Source: Octopus vulgaris
Taxonomy: Eukaryota
NCBI GenBank assembly: GCA_951406725.2
Contig: OX597824.1
Coordinates: 19,778,001-19,842,000, forward strand
DNA length: 64,000 bases
Reading direction: 5' to 3'
How positions within the stretch are numbered: position 1 is the stretch's first letter; each line of letters starts with the position of its first letter. Positions 37,543 through 51,799 of the stretch are shown in pieces. The position numbers and the translations under genes are program-made. The notes below the pieces were generated by a model. The model worked only from the letters and a program-made list of their open reading frames with translations, was not told the origin of the DNA and did not search any database.

Positions 37543-38190
37543 AGGCAGCAAGCTGGCAGAATCGTTAGCATGCTAGACGAAATGCTTAGCATTATTTCAC
37601 CCGTCGCTGTGTTCTGAGTTCAAATTCCGCCGAGGTCGACTTTACCTTTCATCCTTTCAGGGTCTATTAAATAAGTACCAGTTACACGCTGGGGTTGATG
37701 TAATCGACTTGATCCCTTCCCTCAAATTTGGGGCCTTGTGCTTCCAGTAGAAAGGATTGTTATTATTATTATTATTATTATTATTTAAGCTGGCAAGCTG
37801 AGTTCAAATTCTGCCGAGGTCAACTTTACCTGTCATCCTTTTGCTGTTGATAAAATAAGTACCAGTTATGCACTGGGGTCAATGTAATTGATTTAATCCC
37901 TTCTCTCCCATAAATTTCATGCCTTATGCTTTTAGTAGAAAGAATTGCTATCATCATCATCAGCAGCAGCAAGGTAGCAGGTTGTTAGAATTGTTAGTAC
38001 ATCGAACAAAACGCTTAACGGCGTTTCTTCTGTCTCTTTACAATCCGAGTTCAAATCCTACCGAGATCACCTTAGCCTTTCACCCTTTCAGGGGTCAATA
38101 GCAAATAGAAATAAAAGTAGCAGTTGAGCACTGAATGTGCTCACTTAACCCCCCCTCCCCATAAATTTTCTGGCCTTGTGCCCAGACCCT
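37543..38190 (+). mobile_element. Three head-to-tail SINE family 2 copies (short-tail variant) separated by (ATT)n/(CAT)n
   Basis: GAGTTCAAAT B-box modules near 37617, 37800 and 38047, each followed by CCTTT...AGTA(C/G)CAGTT and an AAATTT...GCCTT tail. Confidence 0.75.
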
Positions 38191-38466
38191 AAAGCATTTT
38201 TATAACTAGTTGTAGATAATCTCACTACGTGCAGTAGACATTAATTGCGAAAGCAAAATCCATTCGGCTTCTTGTTATCCCTCTCTGCCAATAGCTAGAC
38301 ATATAGAAGGGACTTGGAATACATCAAGTCTGTGTGTCCCTCTCTCTAAATCTACCATATTTCATGGGATTTCTGTCTATATGTGTGGTGTGTTCTTGGT
38401 CTTACCGTTACCCTATGTTCACTTTCGCTGTGACTAGCCAAGTCCTAAGCTGTGAAGCATTTAGAA

Positions 38467-38621
38467 CAGGTATGGGCAATGTTTTTTTTTTTTTCAAGAA
38501 GTGGGCTGCATGTGACATGGCTACCCCCATCAGGTGGGCCACACTACTGGTGGAGTGGGTGGGGAATTCTAGGTAATTCTCTATTCAGGAATTCACGTGG
38601 GCTGCAGTTTATCCATGGCTG
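38467..38621. mobile_element. Short hAT MITE
   Basis: TIRs CAGGTATGGGCAA ... TTATCCATGGCTG; 8-bp TSD ATTTAGAA / GTTTAGAA. Confidence 0.7.
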
Positions 38622-38980
38622 GTTTAGAAAGTCAAGTACTTGAAATTACATAATTATTTTCCTTTGTTTAAGGGGGGGAAAAAATGAATATTAAAAATCG
38701 ATTTTTTTTTTTTTTTTTTTTTTTTTAAATAAATTTCTGCTGAATACTAGAAATTAATTGGAGAATATTCCAATTCATTCCAATGATGCCTACCAAAGTT
38801 TCCTGGTAACACGTGTGGAGTGGGTTGCATCTCTTGTCATCTCTATTACAGTATAATTTAACCAAATGCTAATTAACTGCAAACGAGATACACTTTTGCA
38901 GTTTATTGACATTCTGTTTATGACAACAATGATGAGTGAATGAGGTCGTTAAGCATTTATTCATTAGTATATATTTCTAT

Positions 38981-39236
38981 GTGGAGGCGCGTGGCTTAGT
39001 GGTTAGGATGTCAGCATCATGATGGTAAGATTGTGGTTTCAATTCCTGGACCGGGCGATGCATTGTGTTCTTGAGCAAAACACTTCATTTCACGTTGCTC
39101 CAGTCCACTCAGCTGGCAAAAATGAGTAACGCTGCGATGGACTGGCGTCCCGTCCAGCTGGGGAACACATAACACCATAGAACCCGGGAAACCGGGCCCA
39201 TGAGCCTGGCTAGGCTTTAAAAGGGTGCATTTATTT
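38981..39236 (+). mobile_element. tRNA-derived SINE family 4, full length
   Basis: GGAGGCGCGTGGCTTAGTGGTTAGG (A-box), GGTTTCAATTCC (B-box), SINE-core-like TGTGTTCTTGAGCAAAACAC and GCGATGGACTGGCGTCCCGTCCAG, (ATTT)n tail. Confidence 0.85.
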
Positions 39237-39580
39237 ATATTTTTTTTTATATATATTTCTTTATCACAAATCAGTAAATAGTTGTGCTGTTGGTGGCAGG
39301 GACTCCCCAGCTGTGCCATACATTTACGATGATGGAAATAACAAGGAAGTGCCTTTAATTTGTGGCAGAACAAACATCACGAAAGTACATTGTTTAAAAA
39401 CTTCCTGTTTGTTGGGGGTTTCTTGGTGATAATTAAAACCTTAGCTTCTATATATATATGTTTGTGTGCATGTGTGTGTATACATACATACATACATATA
39501 GATAGACATCTTGGGTGTCAGTGTGTGTTGTCGTCATCATTTAACATCCGTTTTCCATGCTGGCATGGATTGAGTGTATT

Positions 39581-39901
39581 CCGGGTTCAGTCCCACTGCA
39601 TGGCACCTTGGGCAAGTATCTTCTACAGCCTCAGGGCGACCAGAGCCTTGTGAGTGAATTTGGTAGATGGAAACCGTAAGAAGCCCGTGTGTGTGTATCT
39701 GTTTGTCTCCTCCACTATTGCTTGACAACTGATGCTGTTGGTGTGTTTACATCACCGTAACTTAGCGGTTCCACAAAAGAGCCCAATAGAATAAGTACTA
39801 GGCTTACAAAGAATAAGTTTTGGGGTCAATTTGTTCAACTAATGGCAGTACTCCAGCACAGCCTCAGTCAGATGGCTGAAACGAGTAAAAGAATAAAAGA
39901 A
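39581..39901 (+). mobile_element. SINE family 1, 5'-truncated
   Basis: CCGGGTTCAGTCCCACTGCATGGCACCTTGGGCAAG...GAAACGAGTAAAAGAATAAAAGAATA. Confidence 0.8.
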
Positions 39902-40710
39902 TATACACATAATTGTGTATATAAATATTATGTACATGTGTGGTTACGTAAATATAATTATATATATATGTATGTTTATACTGTCATGTAGATATCTAGT
40001 CAACTTGAGGGAAGAAGAACATCGGGTATGAAATATATAATATACAGACACCCATGGGTGGCGGGGGTCTGTGTATGTATACCGCATTAAACTAGCGATT
40101 CAAGATGCTTTATTTTTATCAGTCATTATTATTATTATTGTAGATGTATTAATTAATGTTTACCGAATGGATAAACAGAAGCAGATATCCGCTGCCTCTC
40201 CGCTTGCCTCGCTCCGCTCCCATCTTGCTCAGCTCCCTACTTCCATTCTCTGTCGTTACTTGTATTATTTCATGTAGAAATGATCTGTGCAGATCAGCAA
40301 AAAAAAAAAAAAAAAAAAATGGTGAAAGGGGTGGAGGGTACATTTGGAGGAATGGTGGTCTTGGGGTGGCGGGTAGCTGGGTGGGTGTCTTCCTTCTTGA
40401 TTTCCCGTTTTTGTTTTATATACATATTTTTGTTCTTCCCCCTCTTTTCCCACCCCGTTTTGTTCTTTCCTTTTTTTGTTGTGATTGTCAAAAATCTAAT
40501 GTTACCCCTGTGAACACCCACCACCATCTCCCCCAATAAAACATGGGTGGGGGCTCAACAAACAAAAGCAAAACAAGAAAACACACAAACGAAATGGGTG
40601 GTTGTTGTGAAATTTGTGGTGGGTCCATGGGGCTTCTTGTCACTCTTTCCTCCTCACTTTTCTCTCTCCGTCTTGGTGTGTCTGTCTGTATGTCTTTCCA
40701 TTTGACCACC

Positions 40711-40750
<40 letters not shown>

Positions 40751-41498
40751 CAGTGGTCACTCCTGTGCACTCCTCATTTCTTCTTCTCAGTTCCTAGGAG
40801 TTACCAAGTGGACCACAGTTTGATTTGCAGCCAACTATACCTACCCACCACCCTGTGCCTGCCCATCAATCCATCCATCCACCCCGATTCACCCCTCACT
40901 CCCACCCTCCCACATTTCCTTATTTCAGCTATCTCCCACCTCCCCACCGACCCCCACACCACCCCACCCACATTTCATTTTCTTCCCTCTACACACCCAC
41001 ACCGTTCCTCCCTCCCGACCATCACTGCCGCCACCGCCACGCCCACCCATCCCACCCCCCATCTAGTCCCAGGGATCCACCCACCTCTCCTCTCCCCACC
41101 CACCCCACCCCCACCCTTCATCATCTCAGTTCTATTGTGAAGAGAATAGAATGTTTTTAGACTTTTGTCCAGTTCTGGTTCTTCCTCGTCTCTCCCCCCT
41201 ACTCCCTTTCTCACATCACATATGTTCTTTCGCTTCCTTTTTATTTAGCCTATTGTTTTCCTTCCTTCTTTTCTTCCTTTCTCCTGAATAAATCCTTTAT
41301 GGAGGCTGTTTATTCATTTATTTATTTATCCTTTCATTTATTGGTTTTTATTCTCTTCCTTCCTATTCTTCTTGTTCTTCTTAAATTAATCCCTTCATCT
41401 CTCTCTCTCTTTCTTTCTCTCTCGTTACATTTTCATTTTACTTTCATGTTGCTTTTTTTTTTTTTTTTCTTATTTCATCAATAATAATTTCAAAACAG

Positions 41499-41536
<38 letters not shown>

Positions 41537-41871
41537 TCACACACACAGAGAAGTGCATTCTGAGTTTGAGATAAATTTATTAAGACAAATGAAAACGGTA
41601 AAGAGATCTTCCTTGCAATTTACATCTTCAAAATGTAAGCTGCTGTGTCAGTGGAAAAGTTATTGTATATTTTAAATTATTCTAGTTTCGTTTTAGCATT
41701 TTTATAATTATTTTATAAAGGCATTTAAAGTTTTATTATCTATTAATATGTTACAATTATATATTAACTACATTTTAAAAATATCATTTCTGGCACATTT
41801 CTTACTTTCTTCCTGTCCTTATATTTTTCTATTTACCGATAATAGTAAATAAATTATGAGGTGAAATATCA

Positions 41872-42250
41872 TTATTACCTCCGCCTTAGCGAAGGCTGAG
41901 GTATTGTTTTTAGTGATGTTTGTTAGTTTGTTTGTCCGTTGACAAAGATATCACAAGAACTGCTGGATAGATTCGAATGAAACTTTTGGGAATGTTTGGC
42001 CTCCTCAGTGGCACAAACTGATTAAATTTTCGGACCGATCCGGTACCGGGCAAGGATTCTGGATTATTTTTTCCAGTTTTTTTTTTTTACTTAATTTTTG
42101 AGAGCGGTCAGGTTCATTTTCAGTATTCTCGTTTGTGAGAGCAGTCGAGTTTATTTCAGATATTCTCATTTTAAAAATAATCTCCAGCTAATTGTTGAGA
42201 GGACATTGGTGCTGCCTTGGCGGAGGTTTGCGCTCTCTAAATGCTCTTAT
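41872..42250 (+). mobile_element. Helentron-associated (HINE/DINE-1-like) non-autonomous element
   Basis: Subterminal inverted repeats ACCTCCGCC (41877-41885) / GGCGGAGGT (42219-42227), 5' hairpin CTCCGCCTT-AGCG-AAGGCTGAG, (GTTT)n tract, short 3' stem-loop remnant, T-rich ends. Confidence 0.65.
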
Positions 42251-42767
42251 TATTTGATTTATTTCTAAACCATCAAGAATTTGAAAGGTTTTAAGAAAAT
42301 AACATTTTTTTGTCTTTTTTATTTGTTGTTTGGAATATTAATTAAAACCCTTTTTTTTTTCTTACATAAAATGAAAGTGGTAGTATACCTACAGAAATTT
42401 ATATCATTCATTTAAGACTTCATATATTTTTGTTTTCTTTTGGTTTCATCCAAAGGAAGGTGCTGTGTCCAGACACACACACACACACACACACACATTT
42501 AAGTGCATTAATATTAGAACCAGTACATTATCATCATCGTCAGCATCATGTACATGACTACTAATTACTTTATTGTCATCTGCAACCCCAAAAAGAAGAG
42601 AGATGAAATCAACCTCATCAACATTTAAACTCAAAACAAAGCTAGAAAGAGGATATCGTTAAGTATTTTTTTTTTACCTGGTGTATTAACATTTCTACCA
42701 GTTTGCTACCTGAGTTCTGCTCATCGTTATTTCAAAATTGAAGCTCACACTTATGGGCTTATTCTTT

Positions 42768-43012
42768 CCTTTTGATACCAACCCATTTGAGACCACCCTT
42801 GCTTACATGTTAAAGGGGCTTACTGTTTTAAAATGATCTAAATTAAGACTTTCAGTCAAATTTCCCATGCTAATTTGATCCAGACACCTGCTTAATAACA
42901 AGTTATTTTAATAAATTCTTTATATTTTGATAAATTCTTTATTTTCAAAATGAATTGAAATGTGTTTCAAAAAAAAAAGAAAAAAAACATATAAGGTACT
43001 GAAAGTATTAAA
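42768..43012 (-). mobile_element. Diverged family A-related TTAA MITE
   Basis: CCTTTTGATACCAACCC...AAGTTATTTTAATAAATTCTT...; similar diverged copies at ~14928-15030, 22512-22715 and 61786-62003. Confidence 0.5.
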
Positions 43013-43134
43013 CAACTTGGGGTTTCAGTGACAGAATCCTTTCACCTCCTAGAAATAGCAACAAAAATTACCCTCAAATTAGTACTTCGCTATTTTGAAT
43101 GAGAAAAGACACGTTAATTGTATTTCAGCTTAGC

Positions 43135-43170
<36 letters not shown>

Positions 43171-44230
43171 GATGGTCACATCTAGAGTGGCATCAATAAT
43201 ATATCTAAAGGCTTTAAGTCCCCTGAAATTCCGAGTTCCTTGTGATCCTATTCTTGGGGCTAACTGGAATGGTTTAGATGGGAATTATTTCCATTTCCTG
43301 TCAATTAAAATGAATCCTCTCTCAGAGTTAGAATTTCTCTGGAAATAGATGAGTGAGGGGTGAGGAAAGGAGGGGGGAGCTGCATTGAGATTTACATTAA
43401 ATTCTTCTGGTCTAATAAACCTATTTTCTCGTTTTCAATTCCATGTGCATGGTCTGTTAATACAATTTACACACACACACACACGTACATGTATAATATA
43501 TACCTGTCACTATTAATATGTATGTCTGTGTGTCTATGTATATATGTGTGTGTGTGTATGTATATATACACACATGCATCTGTGTGTATCTATGTATGTA
43601 TAGATAGCTAGATGAATGTATGTGTAAGTGTATATATAAGTATACATATATACAAACACGCATTTGTATATATCTTGTGTGTATGTATATATACATACAT
43701 ACTTATACACTTTTGTATGTGTGTGTATGTATATATATATACACACGTTTGTGTGTGTGTGTGTGTATATATATATACACATTTGTATATGTGCGCATAA
43801 ATGTATGTTTATAGTGTATACATGTATCTATATGAAATTGTGTGTGTATATAAATGCATATTTATTCACAGCATACATATATACAAGTACATACATGTAC
43901 ATATACTCATGCATGTATATGGTGTGTGTGTGTGTGTATGTATGTACATATATATATATATAGATAGATAGAGAGAGAGAGAGAACACGTTTGCATGTAT
44001 GCGAAATGGTGTTGTACTGGTGAAATATATTTTCCAAGGAAAAAGCTTTTGTTTCTCTTTCAAATCAATTCTCTGCAGATTTAGTAAACAAGCAAATATG
44101 TGTTTATGTATGTAATTAATATATTTATTTTACCATCTTACCAATGAGCTTGTCAATTCAATTAATACAAGGACCTCTACATAAACCTTAACGATGTTTC
44201 ACATGTACTTACTCTGTCTAGTAAAATTGA

Positions 44231-44289
<59 letters not shown>

Positions 44290-44683
44290 ATAAATATGTG
44301 TATGTTTATTTGTGTGTGTATATGTGTATAATAAATTTGTATGTATCAAGTGTTTGTGGTATGTGTACTCTCTATGTATGTATGTATGTATATCAAGTGA
44401 GTGTGTGTATGATTATATATATGCATAGCTTCTTATATTTCCCCTGATGTAATAATGTTAGTGTGTGTGTGTGTGTGTGTGTGTTTATATAATTATGTGA
44501 TATATATACACACACTTGTGTGCATGAGAAAAATTATTTAGTGTCACAGAAGCCTATAACAGACAAACACATATGTATATATGCAATTAGATATACATTT
44601 CTCTCTCTCTCTCTACATATATATATATATATATATATAATATGTAAGTGTGAATGTAGAAAATTAGTGTTATAGAAGGCCGC

Positions 44684-44733
<50 letters not shown>

Positions 44734-44979
44734 CGCACACTCGTATTGAATTAATTAATGACCATTGTATATAATAACGAGGCCTGCCTACTAGATCCCA
44801 ACAATCTTGTATATTTTCAAACCTCAATAATCATATTCCTTCTTTTTATCAAATACCGATGTTAGATTAATTAGTCTATTTAAATCGTTTGCTCTAATTA
44901 ATACGCAAATAACACTGTGTCGTTATTGCACCAGTGGTTGACCAGCTAGAAATAGTAGCCGGATCTCTGCCATCTTACC

Positions 44980-45125
44980 TATTTCTTTTTCTTTACTGCC
45001 CACAAGGGGCTAAACACAGAGGGGACAAACAAGGACAGACAAAGGGATTAAGTCGATTACATTGACCCCAGTGCAAAACTGGTACTTTATTTATCGACCC
45101 CGAAAGGATGAAAGGCAAAGTCGAC
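44980..45125 (-). mobile_element. 5'-truncated SINE family 2 with 10-bp TSD
   Basis: CCATCTTACC at 44970-44979 and 45126-45135. Confidence 0.85.
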
Positions 45126-45299
45126 CCATCTTACCACCACTCTGTTGTCATGACACAGGACAATATGATGTTGAATGGACCAACTAAGGAAATAGATGGG
45201 GGTAGTCATGGATGGAATACCTTAAGTCTACTCAATAAAGGAGCAATAGAATGAAATTATTACTACTACTACAACTACTACTACTTCTACACACTAGTC

Positions 45300-45570
45300 T
45301 CTAGATTGTGCCCATGCTGGGATACTGTCGGGAAGATTTTTTTTCTTTTTTAGCTGAATGAATCCAACCTTGGTACTCTTTTTTTGTACCTTTTCTGTCG
45401 GGTCTTTTGCTGAACTGCTATGTCACACAGATGCAAACACATCATTACCACTTGTCAAGCAGTGGTTGGGGCCAAGCATGCACACATATATATATATATA
45501 TATATATGATGGGCTTCTTTCAGTTTCTATCTACCAAATCCACTCACAAGGCTTTGATCATTCCAAGGCC
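45300..45570 (-). mobile_element. Diverged SINE family 1
   Basis: GATGGGCTTCTTTCAGTTTCTATCTACCAAATCCACTCACAAGGCTTTG. Confidence 0.65.
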
Positions 45571-45937
45571 ACACAGACACAAACACACACACACACACAC
45601 ACATACAACTGACACTACCAACCTCTGATGGTTATACCAAGCACTTGCAAGTACACACACACACACACATAATTAAGTATAATTGGCAGAAGTTAATGTG
45701 ACTCAAGGGACCAGAGTTTCGTAAGTTTTGATGCATAAAACTCTCAGCCCTTGGGGTCACTCTGTAACTTCACTAATTACCGTATTTGTCAAAAATTAGG
45801 TTAAAAAAAAATTATGGGAGTTTCTTATACATGGATAGTATTATAAACCCTTACAAAACCTTTTTTTCCAAATTTTTAGCCCCCACCAAATTAGGGGACT
45901 CCTTACACACATTGAAATACAGTAGTCATATAAATAA

Positions 45938-46145
45938 GTTGCTGGCTGACAGAATCATTATGATAGGCAAAATGCTTTGTGGTATTTCATTTGATCTTTA
46001 TGTTCTGAGTTCAAATCCTGCCAAGGTTGGCTTTGCCTTTCATCCTTTTCAGGTCATTGAAATTACCATCAGTTGAGTACTTGCTCCCCTCCCCCACAGG
46101 CCCCGTTTTTCCCAAATTGCTGGCACGGTGCCAAAATTTGAAACT
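45938..46145 (+). mobile_element. Diverged SINE family 2
   Basis: TTCTGAGTTCAAATCCTGCCAAGGTTGGCTTTGCCTTTCATCCTTT. Confidence 0.6.
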
Positions 46146-46287
46146 AATGCACACACACACACACAAACTTAAGCATTCTGGTGTCTATTATATACAGATG
46201 TGGTGACAGTGTGTTTACATCCCTGTGTATATAATTGTATTATTATTATTATTATTATTATCATTATTATTATTATTATCATTATAA

Positions 46288-46520
46288 GGCGGCAAGCTGG
46301 CAGAATCGTTAGCACGCTGAGCAAAATGCTTCGTGGTATTTCATCTGTCTTTAAATTCTGAGTTCAAATTCCACCGAGGTCAGCTTTGCCTTTCATCCTT
46401 TCGGAGCCAATAAGTCAAGTACCAGTGAGACACTGAGGTCAATGTAATTGACTACACCCCTCCCCCAAATTTCAGGCTCTGTGCCTATATTAAACAGGAT
46501 TATTATTATTATTATTATTT
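46288..46520 (+). mobile_element. SINE family 2, short-tail variant with (ATT)n tail
   Basis: GGCGGCAAGCTGGCAGAATCGTTAGCACG...GAGTTCAAATTCCACCGAGG...AAATTTCAGGCTCTGTGCC. Confidence 0.8.
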
Positions 46521-46561
46521 AAATACACACACACACACACATATGGATATGTCCGTATATA

Positions 46562-46729
46562 TTTATTTCTTTACTACCCACAAGGGGCTAAACACAGAGG
46601 GGACAAACAAGGACAGACAAATGGATTAAGTCGATTACATCGATCCCCAGTGCGTAACTGGTACTTAATTTATCGACCCCCGAAAGGATGAAAGGCAAAG
46701 TCGACCTTGGCGGAATTTGAACTCAGAAC
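46562..46729 (-). mobile_element. 5'-truncated SINE family 2, inverted next to the previous copy
   Basis: TTTCTTTACTACCCACAAGGGGCTAAAC...GGCGGAATTTGAACTCAGAAC. Confidence 0.85.
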
Positions 46730-46867
46730 TATATGTATTAGCCACTGGAATACTCGAGTTCTAACTGATTCCCGCTCCGTTAGTGCATGTATGTACGTTG
46801 CCAGAGTTTAACATCGTTAAACATAATAAACTATATAATTATGATACATGCTGACACCATATAAAAA

Positions 46868-46938
<71 letters not shown>

Positions 46939-47221
46939 TACATTAACACCTGTTTGAAAACTTCGCATTTACATTATCTATCAGGATCGATAGCTTAACA
47001 GGTGTCTTTTTTTTGTTTTATCTTGTGTTTATACACAGACATATACATATGCACATGTGGTGTGTATATATGTATATATAATATACGCACACCAATAGAA
47101 CGGTAGCGTAGTCAGTTGATATGTAATGGCATGAAATGTGGAACAAAGGCATGTAAAATTCCAATTATACATACATGTTATTTCTCCCTCTGCTCTCTCT
47201 CCCTTTCTCTCTCTCCCTCTT

Positions 47222-47268
<47 letters not shown>

Positions 47269-47409
47269 GTATATGTATGTACGCATGTCTTGTATCGTTG
47301 CATTTAATCTCACATGCATTAATAGAAATTCAGTAAACTGTAAATTACTAAATTACTATTTTCATACACTCGGTATAAACACATCTGCCCACATGTGTAT
47401 ATATGTATA

Positions 47410-47457
<48 letters not shown>

Positions 47458-47593
47458 AATATATATATACACACATGAAGTGTGTGTGTGTGTGTGTGCG
47501 TACAACTGTTTGTAACGGGGAAGATAAGCTGTGAATGGGTTTTTCTTCTTCATTCAGATATATGCACAAATGTATGGACTCTTAAATTTGTTG

Positions 47594-47660
<67 letters not shown>

Positions 47661-48754
47661 TATATCTGTGTATGTGTGTGTAATACATAATCACAATGGC
47701 TTCACACATACATTAATGAAAGATAAATAAAATATATTTATTTACATTTAAATCTATTAAAAAATCAGTCTCTGTGTGTGTGTGTGTGCATGCATGTATA
47801 TATGTGTGTTGTGTATATATATGTGTGTGTATATATATGTGTGTGTGTGTGTGTAGATATGCATGTATGTATATATATATATATATATATATATGCATGT
47901 ATATATATATATGTATATATATGTATATATATATATGTATGTATATATATATATATATATATGCATGTATGTGGATATATGTATGTATATATATATATAA
48001 GCATTCATGTATATGTATATTTGTCCATGTGTATATCTGAGTGTGTGTATATGTATATATATATATATATGTGTGTGTGTATGTGTTTCACATATATATT
48101 CACACAAAATAGTTTATACACATAACATAAAAATATACACGTTCTCTCACCACCACCATCCACTCTCCTCTGTCTTAGACTGATGTCCTCCACCACCCTA
48201 ACCCCCACCATTTACCCTCCCTTCTCCCCCCTCCCCCCTTCTGAATCTCTCTCTTTTTTTTTTATCTCCAAATGTGTTTTTGTTTTGTTTTTTTTTTTCT
48301 TTTTCTGCCTCATTTTACATCAGGTCAAGTTCCTTTTATTAAATGCAGTCTGGAACTGAGCACTGGAAATGAACCTAGAACTTGGTTCTGTCTTTTGTTT
48401 TTGTCTTTGATTCTCCCTCCCTCCCTCCCTCCCCCTCTCTCTCTCCCTATCTCTCCCTCTCTCTCTCTCTCTCTCTCTCCTCTCTGTCTCACTCTGTCGT
48501 CTTTCTCTTTTTCTCTCTCTCTCTCTCTCTCGCTTTCTCTGTCTTTCTGCTTTTCTTCTATTACCATTCTATTCAAATAACAACAACATCAACAACAACA
48601 ACAAAATACCTGTAGGACGGAAGGGGGGAGAGAGGGGGGGGGGTGGCGGCGGGCTAAGTTGATAGCTTCATTACTTCCCTAGATATTCTAGCATTTCAAA
48701 GACAGACTGATGATGATGATGATGGTTATCTTTCATTGTTTCTCTTTTTTTGGT

Positions 48755-49357
48755 CACACACACACACACTATCATAGATACACACAGACACACACACACA
48801 CACTATCATAGATACACACAGACACACACACACACACACTATCATAGATACACACAGACACACACACACACACTATCATAGATACACACAGACACACACA
48901 CACACACACTATCATAGATACACACAGACACACACACACACACACTATCATAGATACACACAGACACACACACACACACTATCATAGATACACACAGACA
49001 CACACACACACACACTATCATAGATACACACAGACACACACACACACACACACTATCATAGATACACACAGACACACACACACACACTATCATAGATACA
49101 CACAGACACACACACACACACTATCATAGATACACACAGACACACACACACACACTATCATAGATACACACAGACACACACACACACACTATCATAGATA
49201 CACACAGACACACACACACACACACTATCATATACACACAGACACACACACACACACTATCATAGATACACACAGACACACACACACACACTATCATAGA
49301 TACACACAGACACACACACACACACTATCATAGATACACACAGACACACACACACAC
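48755..49357. repeat. Minisatellite of ~17 units: CTATCATAGATACACACAGA + (CA)n
   Basis: Constant core with variable (CA)n length, period about 32-40 bp. Confidence 0.95.
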
Positions 49358-49516
49358 ATATATGTGTGTATATATATATGTATATATGTGTGTGTGTATA
49401 TATATATGTATATATGTATGTGTATATATATATGTATATATGTATGTGTGTATATATATATGTATGTGTGTGTGTATGTATATATGTATGTGTGTATATA
49501 TATATGTGTGTGTGTG

Positions 49517-49548
<32 letters not shown>

Positions 49549-49614
49549 TGTGTGTGTGTGTATATATGTATGTGTGTGTATATATATGTATATGTATATG
49601 TGTATGTATATGTA

Positions 49615-49667
<53 letters not shown>

Positions 49668-49722
49668 ATATATATATATATATGTATATGTGTGTGTGTG
49701 TGTGTATATATATATGTTTATA

Positions 49723-49781
<59 letters not shown>

Positions 49782-49803
49782 GTATATATGTATATGCATA
49801 TAC

Positions 49804-49843
<40 letters not shown>

Positions 49844-50403
49844 ATATATATACACACACACACACATGCATACATACCCACAGTAAAGAGGGGAGTATCT
49901 AATTATGGAACAGAAAGTCAATAACTCTTATATAATTTCAACCTCACCCACCACCGCCATCACCACCACCACCGCCTTACCGAAGGAACCGGTGGTGGTG
50001 GTGGCGGCGTTGGTGGTAGTAGTGGCAGCGGCGGGGACGAAAATACAGTAAAAATAATGATGCCATAGTTTCAACGCCATCCACTTTCCTCCTCCCCCAC
50101 CGCTTTTGTTTTGTTGTATTTTTATTATATTTTCTTGTGTTTTTTTTTTTTTCAAGCTAAAACTATTGATTATTTGATGAACGTTGTTGTTGTTGTTGTT
50201 GCTGCTACTCTTGTTTGTTTCTTCTTTGATTCGTTGTTGTTGTTCTTGTTGTTGTTGTTTCTCTGGATTTAGCATTTCTCAGTCTCAGTTTAAGAAGGGG
50301 AAAAAATCCTACCATTGGGAGAAAAATCAATCAAAGGTTTATCGAACTTCAAAAATCAAACCAGCTCTCTGATATACATACATGCATGCATGCATATATA
50401 TAT

Positions 50404-50496
<93 letters not shown>

Positions 50497-50790
50497 TACA
50501 TATATGTGCATACATAAATATGTATATATATATGTGTGTGTATATATACATGCATGCATACATACACACACATATATATATATATATATATGTGTGTGTA
50601 TACATGCATACATACATATATATATATATGTATACATACATGCATATATATATGTATACATACATGCATAGATATATGTATACATACATGCATATATGTA
50701 TACATACATGCATAGATATATGTATATACATTCACACAGATATATACACATACATGCATATATACAGACACACTGTGTGTGTGTGTATAT
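49358..50790. repeat. Compound (TA)n/(TG)n/(TACA)n microsatellite fields with trinucleotide runs between them
   Basis: Directly visible. Confidence 0.9.
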
Positions 50791-51394
50791 TTGCAAATGT
50801 ATTATGTGTATATATCTATACATTTATTCATATTGTGTATACCAATTCGTGCGTATATATGGATGTTTTTGTGTGTAGACGTATGCATGATAGCGTAGAC
50901 ACACACTTCAAATCCCCTACTATATACATTAATGAAATTATGCAGTCACTACATGTGTATATGTGTGTGTTTAATGTGTTTTGGGGGTTTTTTAAATACT
51001 TTTTAGTCATTTAAGTGGCCTTGCTGGGGCACTGCTTTCTTGGGCCAACTATTTATTTTATCGCTTGACGAAAAAGGCAAAGAGTGGATTGCTGCCGAAT
51101 TTGTCCTGGGAAGATACTCACCATTTTAGTTTCATGTTGTGGCGGAAACAGGAATGCTGTAAACTCTTTCTACCATCTCTGTTTGTTTGTATTTAATGAA
51201 ATTATAAGAAGACAACATGGTTTTGTTTGTCCCTAGTTAAAAATATAATTGAAATTGTTTCCTCCAAGGTCAGTTTTGATCTCTCCCTTTTGGCAATCCT
51301 CAGTATAGGCTTTTGTAGAGCCAGAACTCCTTGAGATCAGATCTCTTATGTGATTTACCAATGCAGTATCTGTCAAGAAATTTGCTGAAAGCAA

Positions 51395-51735
51395 TGTTGC
51401 CAGCCTCCCCAGGCACCTGTGCCGGTGGCATGTAAGACGCACCATCTGAACGTGGTCGATGCCAGTGCTACCTTGACTGGCTTCCTTCCGTGCCGGTGGC
51501 ACATAAAAAGCACCAACCGATTGTGGCCGCTGCCAGCCTCCTCTGGCATCTGTGCCGGTGGCACGTAAAAAGCACCCACTACACTCACGGAGTAGTTGGC
51601 GTTAGGAAGGACATCCAGCTGTAGAAACACTGCCAGATCTGACTGGAGCCTGGTGCAGCCTCCTAGCTTCCCAGACCACGGTCGAACTGTCCAATCCATG
51701 CTAGCATGGAAAACGGACGTTAAACGATGATGATG
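51395..51735 (+). mobile_element. (ATG)n-tailed retroposon family
   Basis: Three GTGCCGGTGGCA..TAA.A.GCACC modules, then GTTGGCGTTAGGAAGG...GGAAAACGGACGTTAAACGATGATGATG. Confidence 0.85.
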
Positions 51736-51799
51736 AATGTTATCATTCCAGGTATTACTTGCCTACATGTCTGTTGGGTCACTGGCTTGCACTGTCGTG

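Noticed and set aside
38981-39055. tRNA gene (also heads at 57232 and 61658)
   Set aside because: The tRNA-like heads continue into SINE bodies and tails and lack a proper cloverleaf.
48755-49357. CRISPR-like repeat-spacer appearance
   Set aside because: The spacers are only (CA)n, there are no unique spacers or cas genes, and the context is eukaryotic.
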